DNA from: Eledone cirrhosa
Lineage: Eukaryota
Assembly (NCBI GenBank): GCA_964016885.1
Contig: OZ024741.1
Location: 374,294,001-374,358,000 of the forward strand
Reading direction: 5' to 3'
Length of the DNA stretch: 64,000 nucleotides
How positions within the stretch are numbered: position 1 is the stretch's first letter; each line of letters starts with the position of its first letter. The notes under the pieces were generated by a model, which ran no database searches, was not told where the DNA came from, and saw only the letters and a program-made list of their open reading frames with translations. Both the position numbers and the translations under genes were made by a program. This document shows positions 56,753 through 64,000 of this stretch, piece after piece.

Positions 56753-57157
56753 TCATCATCATCATCATCATTTCATTTTACGTCCGCTTTTTCCCTGCTT
56801 GCAAGGGTGGGACGGGAACTAATTCTGGCTTGATTTCTACAGCTGGATGCCCTTCCTAACACCAACCTCATTTACAGTGAGTGCTGGGTGCTTTTGTGCT
56901 GTGGCACCTCCACGACCACTTTGCAGTGGAATGATATGGACCCTAGTCCCTATCATCTCATTTCTACAGCTGAGTAAACTGGAGCAATGTGAAATAAAGT
57001 GTCTTGCTCAAGGAAACAACACATCACCCGGTCTGAGAATTGAACTCACAACCTTTCGATTGCAAGGCCAATGCTCTAACCACTAAGCCATGTGCCTCTA
57101 CAATCTTGTTATTGCTTATTCCTTTTTTTTTTCTTATCACAAACTTCCTTGCGAAAT
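56753..57157 (-). mobile_element. Composite SINE, copy 2 (upstream of the first Gemin8 coding exon)
   Basis: Near-identical to 41734-42138, with possible TSD gaaatctt / gaaattctt. Confidence 0.85.
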
Positions 57158-57399
57158 TCTTAATTTGTATTTATTCAGTTTGTTTCCTAAAATGTATCAT
57201 GTCAGATATTTTGTTTGACTCTGCATGTTTGAATGAGATACTACAACAATTGTTTTATATCGAAATGTCATACCATGTTAATATAAATTTTAAAATCAAA
57301 AGTTTTCATTTACTATTTTCAGATAATTTTAGGAAAGAAACAGATTCGTGAACAAATTTCATTTTTCAAATATACAGAATATATTTTCTTAGTTAAACA

Positions 57400-57859
57400 A
57401 TGAGAAAAAAAAAGTCAAATAAAATGCATTCATGCAAGCAAAAGTCCAATTCCCAAAACCCGTGCCTTTCAACTTCAACAAATTCTTGGTTCACACATGA
57501 TTATTTCTCTAAATATTGGCAATATTACAACTATTCAACTCTTTGGTACATGAATCATCTTCACTACATAAGAAATGCTTCACAGTTTGCTAGCTGGCCT
57601 GTCGACATGGAGGTATCTACAAATCAACAATCCTCTCCCATATCTACCACTTCTTGGCATCAAAAACAAAATCAGAAACAACAGTGGTCACCTTCATTTC
57701 ATCATAAAAAGCAACATAACAAGTCCAGACATCAAAGGAAGTCTTCTGATACATGTACTGAAACAGAGCTAATAGATACTACAGACGATATTGAAATGAA
57801 AGTTCCAGACAGCCTTTTAGATTTCATGATGGTTTCCAGAAAATTTCGAGAAGAACGAG
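57400..57859 (+). CDS. GEMIN8: Gem-associated protein 8, coding exon 1
   Basis: SWFTHDYFSKYWQYYNYSTLWYMNH resembles the Gemin8 N-terminal W..H..Y..YW.HY motif, followed by LLDFMMVSRKFREER. Donor G|GTAAC at 57860 (phase 1). Upstream acceptor ttttcag at 57322 implies a non-coding first exon elsewhere. Confidence 0.85.
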
Positions 57860-58457
57860 GTAACATAATTGTTTACAATCATCTTTATCATCATCGTAGG
57901 TCCCTAGTCTGTCACAAATGACCATGGTTTTGCACCTAGAAAGTTCCCTTCTGAGGCACAAGCTTGGACAAAATATGTTTGTGGAAAACCAACAGTTGCC
58001 CATGCATGCCAGTCTCTCCTCGCCATGCTATCGATGGTGTCTAAGGGAAAGACAATGACCAATACAGCTTGGCACCAGTGACATCACAACTCATTTCTGC
58101 AGTTGAGTAAATGGGAGCAGCATGAAACAAAGTGTCTTGCTCAAGGATACAACACATCACTCGGTCCGAGAATCAAACTCACAACTTCCAGATTGCAAGC
58201 CCAATGCTCTAACCATGCATCTCTTTATTATCACAATCACTTATTTGGTGGTAGTGGTGGGGGAGGGGTGTAACCTTTTTGTTACTATATTTATCATGAG
58301 AGACACTGCCTATGGTTTTGCAAATAATTTTGAAAATAAGCAAGAATTAGAAATATGGTTACAAAAGGGTTATGGTAAATATGTAAATAACAAAAATGTA
58401 TTCCTGCTTATGTTTGTAAATTTGAAAAAAATAAAAACATTACTAATTTATCTTCAG

Positions 58458-58517
58458 AAGCTTTAAAAAATGAACAGAACTCTGAAGATGCTGAACAGTG
58501 TATCAATATTGAAGATG
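58458..58517 (+). CDS. GEMIN8: Gemin8 coding exon 2 (60 nt, phase 1-1)
   Basis: tcttcAG|AAGCTTTA...GAAGATG|GTAAGT, reading (E)ALKNEQNSEDAEQCINIED in frame with both neighbours. Confidence 0.75.
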
Positions 58518-58680
58518 GTAAGTTACTGAATATTAATTTTTGGTGTCATGTTGTTATATTTTTTTGTAGCTTTTTTTTTTTGTCCACTCAATCATAGGAA
58601 ATTTGCCAAACACAAGGTAGTGAGGACTCTTTAGTTGTGACAAAGACATGACAAACTCCTTAGTACTGTTGCTATGTTAA

Positions 58681-58857
58681 CCCTTTAGCATTTAAACTGG
58701 CTGTAACTGGCAACTCATACTGATGTTAAGGTATTGTTCTCAAAATAAATAATATCAAAATCTCATAGATTCGATATTATGTGAGATAATTATGTAAGGT
58801 AAAGTGTTTACCATGAAAATACAAGAGTAAATATAGAGTAATGTAAATGCTAAAGGG
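58681..58857. mobile_element. piggyBac-type MITE
   Basis: TTAA|CCCTTTAGCATTTA ... TAAATGCTAAAGGG|TTAA: 14-bp TIR with TTAA TSD. Confidence 0.88.
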
Positions 58858-59894
58858 TTAAAATGCATGGTGGACTTAGTAGAGCGTGAGATCAGTGGCT
58901 TCAATTGACTACTGTCTCGGTCTTTGACAACCTGTCCAACACTTGCTCGCAGGGAAAGCAGACATTAAATGATGATGATGATCTAGTGTCTCTTCTGTTA
59001 CTTCTTGAAATTAGAAATCTAAAAAGCCAGCAATCTAGACATCCAACTTTACTCTAAAAATTGATATAGTACATAAGTGAAAGCAAACACTATGTTGTTG
59101 ATGGCATTATAACTATACCCATCTCTCTTTCACTTGGACAAGCAAATATCAGTCAACTGTAAAACTAGATTTTTTGCTTAAAGGAGCTTTATCTAGGAAA
59201 GGAGGAAATGATTTTTCAGAGGGTGATATGCTGACTTTTTCCAATTGGTGTCATTAAAATGCACCTGATACACTCTGTAAAGTGGTTGATGTTATGAATG
59301 CCAAAACATAGAACATATGTTTATCCCACCATATCTTGTTCCAGGCAGGGAAGACCATTTCACTTCATGCCAACATAGGAAGCAGACATAAAATGATTAA
59401 TCTTATTGGGATCAGATTTTTTACAGTTCTAAATATATTACTTCTGTATGCTGCAATGAAAGTTTTACAATTCAATCCTTATCCATGAATATGTAAACAT
59501 ATAATGCTGATGATGATCAATTGAAACTATACCAAAATTTGTCTAGTCTATTGGAAATCAATTACGTAACAAGCATTTTAAGACTATCTTCCCTGCTAAA
59601 GTAGAAGTTAGTCTTGCAGAGGTCCCATGACAATCTTTTCCATATTCCCCTAGCATCTACATAGCCCCTCAGCAACCATCTGGCTTTCATTTCATCCTTT
59701 ATCATTTTTAAACCTGCCTTTCTTGGTCTTCCCCTTCCTTTACTGCTTATCCACATTCATTTCTATCAATCCTCTCACCAAGTCACTTTCATCCTTCCTC
59801 AACACATCATCCAACCATCTCATTCTATTTATTTTTCACAATTCACATAAGTCAAATCAAATTTTATCACAATTTTTCTTTTTTTCTTTGTCAG

Positions 59895-60103
59895 TTGCTG
59901 AACATCTACGAACACCCAGCATACTTCCTCCAGCAGAATGTCCAGGTTCACAACGAACATTAGAGATAAAACAACTGTATGGGAAAAAAGCTCCTTTGAT
60001 CCATAGTATGGAAACAGCTTTACAAATGACATATGATCAAATGGTTGATCTAAAACAACCGAAAATGTGGCCAAATATGCCACTCAAAATAAATTTTAAA
60101 TAA
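59895..60103 (+). CDS. GEMIN8: Gemin8 last coding exon (conserved C-terminal domain)
   Basis: Strong acceptor tttttctttgtcAG. PPAECPGSQRTLEIKQLYGKKAPLIHSMETALQMTYDQMVDLKQPKMWPNMPLK matches the Gemin8 C-terminus. Spliced CDS 460+60+209 = 729 nt = 242 aa. AATAAA at 60151-60156. Confidence 0.9.
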
Positions 60104-60488
60104 TTAAAACAAATATTGAAAATCATTTTTTTTTTTTTTCAGATTTATTTAATAAACGAGTTTTTTAATGTGAATTTTATATTTTTCTATCCAAAACTAA
60201 CCATAATGGGTAGTTGGGGGAGTTAGTTTCTTTGTAAATTCTCTATTTTATTATGTAAAAAGCTATTTCTTTGAATTGTTGGAATAATCTTTTGCATCAA
60301 ATGCTTAATACGTAATCTTCAATGACACAGTTATACCTGCAAGACAAATGGTAAGTATTTTGTTTGTATAACTGATTTGTTTATAAAAAAAGGAAGCTAT
60401 ACTGAACATGGTTTGAATATAGGAATATGACAAAATATGGCAGCCTTCAACAAATTTTGCATCTATTTTCTGTTTACATGGGTTAGAT

Positions 60489-60805
60489 CAAGGGCGTGCA
60501 ACAGACGGCCCACAGGCTACAATCTGGCCTGCCAGACCAATCAGAGTGGCCCGCAATGACCATTTTTAATTTTTATCTTTTCGGCTTATTTAGAATTTTT
60601 CCATAACCATAATACAATTTTCCATTAGTTGACCTATACTAAAGGGCTTCACTGATAGGGTTATGTGTGTTATAATTTCCTAGTTCCATGTTATGGAAAG
60701 AAGTTGTGGTTTTCATTAGATTACATATTTTTGACAGTGACTGGCCCTAATAGTTGTTCCAATGTTCAAAAGTGGCCCGCCAATGGAATATGTTGCACAC
60801 CCCTG
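60489..60805. mobile_element. hAT-type MITE
   Basis: CAAGGGCGTGCAACA / TGTTGCACACCCCTG termini with ggcccgc subterminal motifs. TSD not preserved. Confidence 0.65.
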
Positions 60806-61444
60806 TCTCCAGCCTGGTGGCTCATCAGGCCATTGCTTATCTTAGTTTTTTAGCAGAATCCATGGTGTTAAGCAACTGAGAGTACAAGATGCCAGTTCAT
60901 CGCAGGGTTAAACCTCCAGCTATTCTCACTGGTATTCATTTTCAGTTGAGTATACTGGAGCAACATGAAATGAAGTTTTGCTCAAGAACACAACACACAA
61001 CTCAATCCAGGAATAGAACCCACAGCATTGTGATCGTAAGTGCAACACCCTAACCACTAGGCCATGCCATATACAATATATATGCGCCTCAACAGATAGT
61101 ATTGTATTGGGAATAAAAGAGGCTTAGATATCCTCATCATCTTCTTCACCCACTTATTCATGGGGGCAGAGTCCAAAAACACTCCTTCTAGTGGGTCCTG
61201 TCAGAAGCATCTGTCTCCAACGGATTTGGCTGGATCCCCAAGCGAGACTAGTTGAGCTTATGGATGTTATCCAACCTTGTTGCTTGGGGTTAACTCCAAT
61301 TGGTTTTGCTCGTCAAATCTGTCCAGCGATTCTTTTCAGAAACATTTTAAATGATAATAACTATGCCGATGATGATATCTATCTAGAAACTTGGATGTTA
61401 TCATTTTTATGTTGGCTTTTTCCATGCTTGTGGATGTGGGATAG

Positions 61445-61610
61445 AAGGTGGCGAATTGCCAGTATCGTGAGACCATCAGAGAGAATGCTTTACAGTATTC
61501 GTTCCGACTCACTGCTCTGAGTTCAAATCCCATCGAGGTCGGCTTTGCTTTTCATCCATTTAAGGTTGATAAAAAGTATCAGTCTAGTACTGAGGTCGAT
61601 TCTTCCTCAA
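61445..61610 (+). mobile_element. Nin/Deu-core SINE
   Basis: gagttcaaatcccatcgaggtcggctttgcttttcatccatttaaggttgataaaaagtatcagt. Confidence 0.7.
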
Positions 61611-62015
61611 TATCTCTTTCTCACTCTCTATCCTTCTCTGGAAGAGATCTACTGTGTTCAGACCTGGAGAGGAAATGGGCTCTGCCAAGTTTTAAAATGC
61701 CCAAGAAATGGTGTATGTCAATACCATTCCCTCAGTTGTTACAGATCCAAACATAACCCTTCTTGATGCTAACTCATGCTTTATCTTTTAAAACATACTA
61801 CTAACATTTATCAAACCATTATGCTGCAGGACATATTGTTGATGGGGGGGAGATAAACAACTATCACTGCTCTTTTTAGTTTTTTCTTTAAAAATAATGT
61901 TATGACATTTGTGGCAACTAGCATACACCCGACCTCTTATATAAATAAATTAAACAAAAACAAAAATATATATATATATGGAGAATAGGATCGGCTGTGA
62001 AGTTGCTAGTTAAGG

Positions 62016-62478
62016 TAGCTTAAAATGGAGTGAGAATAAGAAAAAAGCAAGAACGAGGGGAGGAGGTTTCCTCATCAGTTGTCTACTGGGGGGTCTCAGA
62101 TATTTCCACGCTTTAAAGACAACATATCTACCACCCAGAGTGTTCAATAACTGGGGAAGTTATTGGGAAAACAGAGGAGGGAGGGAAGGGAAAAGAGAAA
62201 ACAACAGAAAAAAACAACAAACCGAGCAACTTAAGGTAAGAAAATCCAAGACCACAGCGATAAGAGTGAGCGAAAAGACATCTTTTTTTTTCGCTGTTTT
62301 CTCTTTTCTTCCCTCCCTCCTCTGTTTTCCCAATAACTTCCCCAGTTATTGAACACTCTGGACGGTAGATATGTTGTCTTTAAAGCGTGGAAATATCCGA
62401 GACCCCCAGTAGACAACTGATGAGGAAAACTCCTCCTCCATTCTTGCTTTCTTCTTATTCTCACTCCATTTTAAGCTA
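62016..62478. repeat. Imperfect inverted repeat, ~195-bp arms, ~70-bp spacer, next to TA tracts
   Basis: tagcttaaaatggagtgagaataag...gggaaaacagaggagggaggg versus its reverse complement ending ctcactccattttaagcta. Confidence 0.9.
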
Positions 62479-62677
62479 TATATATATATATATAGGGGCT
62501 GACTGGTACTTGAGTTTTGTCAAAAAGATAATTAATCTATGCTGTATGGCTTGGCAAAACTTGAATGGCAGTCTAGACACATGACATGATAAATATATCT
62601 CTGCTATACACTTGTAGAGGTCACCACAGCAGTAAATGTTTGTTGTTTTTTTATAGCTATAAATCTACAACTCTAAT

Positions 62678-62729
<52 letters not shown>

Positions 62730-62864
62730 ATAAATGTAATCTGAGCTTTTTGAATATTAATAATCGATTCGTTTGCAATTATGCAAACAAGTCGAATAAC
62801 TCAGATTACATTTATTGTATTGAGCCATGTAGACCGATAAACTATTTGTTTGTTATTATATATA

Positions 62865-62896
<32 letters not shown>

Positions 62897-63104
62897 GGTG
62901 TCAAGACAAAAAGCACCCAGTACAAACTAAATGCGATTGATGTTAGGAAAGGCATCCAGCTGTAGAAAGTAAGTCAGAAACAGTTTTGTGTGAGCAAGGC
63001 ATGGTCACCTGACCTGACATGCCTCAAACAGGACAACCCATCTAACCCATGCTAGCATGGAAAATAGACATTAAATGGCAATGATTATATGTAGTTTATA
63101 TTAA

Positions 63105-63150
63105 AGTTCTAGGTTTCGGGATCCAGTTATGGACTCTCTCATCAGGCGCA
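63105..63150 (-). ncRNA. Hammerhead-like motif (cleavage side missing)
   Basis: CTGATGA-GAGAGTCCA-TAAC-TGGATCCC-GAAAC-CTAG on the minus strand. Confidence 0.45.
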
Positions 63151-63164
63151 AACTTGCTACCTGA

Positions 63165-64000
63165 GGGTCTTTGCTTACTCCTGTGCAGGGTCCACATGTG
63201 AAGTCTGTGTTTTTTGCCAGCCTGCCTGTTTTCCCACTACATCTCTTGTGTACTCACAGTTTGCATTTGGAACACTGGATTGAGTTTCTGCATGTTCCTT
63301 TCCTGCATACTAAGTTGGGCCATTTCCTGGAGGGGTTCAGAGACCTGTTTTCTTTTTTGCTCACTAGGATTTTCGTCTTTGCTGGGTTGACTTTAAGGCC
63401 TTTTATTTCCATGTCTGAAATTTCTTCTCTTATTCTGTCATAGAATCGGCTAAGAGTCATGTCATTGGCGTATAGGAGTTCCCATGGGCAACCAGTCTTA
63501 AATTCCTCTGTTATAGACTGTGGGACAATAATGAAGAGGAGGGGCTAAAGACGGAACCCTGGTGAACCCCAACCTGTACGCTGAATTCCTCACTGTATTC
63601 ATTGTTGATTTTAACTTTGCTGGTAGCCTCTTTGTACATGGCTTGTACTGCTCTCAAAAGCCACTCATCTACACCTTGTTTTCTGATGACCCACCAGATT
63701 ATGTAGAGTGGCTTACTTTTAGCCAGATGCTCCTGCATTTGCTTCACAAGAAAGAGGGCCTCGGTGGTGCTTTTTCCTGGCACAAATCCAAACTGTATCT
63801 CTTCTAGGCATATACAATCTCTAATCAGTTGTGCAATGACTCTTTCTGTAACTTTCATGCCCTGGTCAGCTTTATGCCTCTGTAGATACTTCTATCTAGA
63901 GCATCTCTTTACCTTTGTAGCAGTTGATGCTGCTGCTGCTATTCCAGTCACTGGGAATGACACCATTCTGTATTACTTGGTTTACAATGAGGGTGGTTAG
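63165..64000 (-). mobile_element. Decayed RTE LINE fragment running off the right edge
   Basis: MKVTERVIAQLIRD...QFGFVPGKSTTEALF, GVHQGSV.SP, GLKVNPAKTK and Cys finger remnants, with several frameshifts. Confidence 0.88.

Noticed and set aside
57860-57921. Tail of ORF 57400-57921 (and the head of ORF 59723-60103)
   Set aside because: Intronic read-through. Splice sites define the real exons.

Overview
AT-rich, repeat-dense eukaryotic DNA. The SINE, RTE and Penelope repertoire and the long (TA)n tracts suggest an octopod cephalopod (inference). Two host genes are supported: the first coding exon of Rab8 (minus strand, 1393-1516, gene runs off the left edge) and a three-coding-exon Gemin8 (plus strand, 57400-60103, 242 aa). 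The ~55 kb between these divergently oriented genes holds decayed mobile DNA: RTE, L1/Tx1, CRE, L2/CR1-like and Penelope-like retroelements, a gypsy gag remnant, tRNA-derived SINEs, hAT/mariner/piggyBac MITEs and Helentron-type elements. The most unusual signal lies in the (TA)n-rich zone (about 16-43 kb). It has several type I hammerhead-ribozyme motifs, two of which look intact, and a hammerhead-bearing direct-repeat pair around a pure microsatellite interior. It also has near-perfect fold-back palindromes (one of 987 bp, two centred on what looks like hammerhead stem II) and a segment with RIP-like CpA/TpG loss. Almost all ORFs in the supplied track are microsatellite or transposon artefacts. 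All coordinates and counts were read by hand, and no database search was run.
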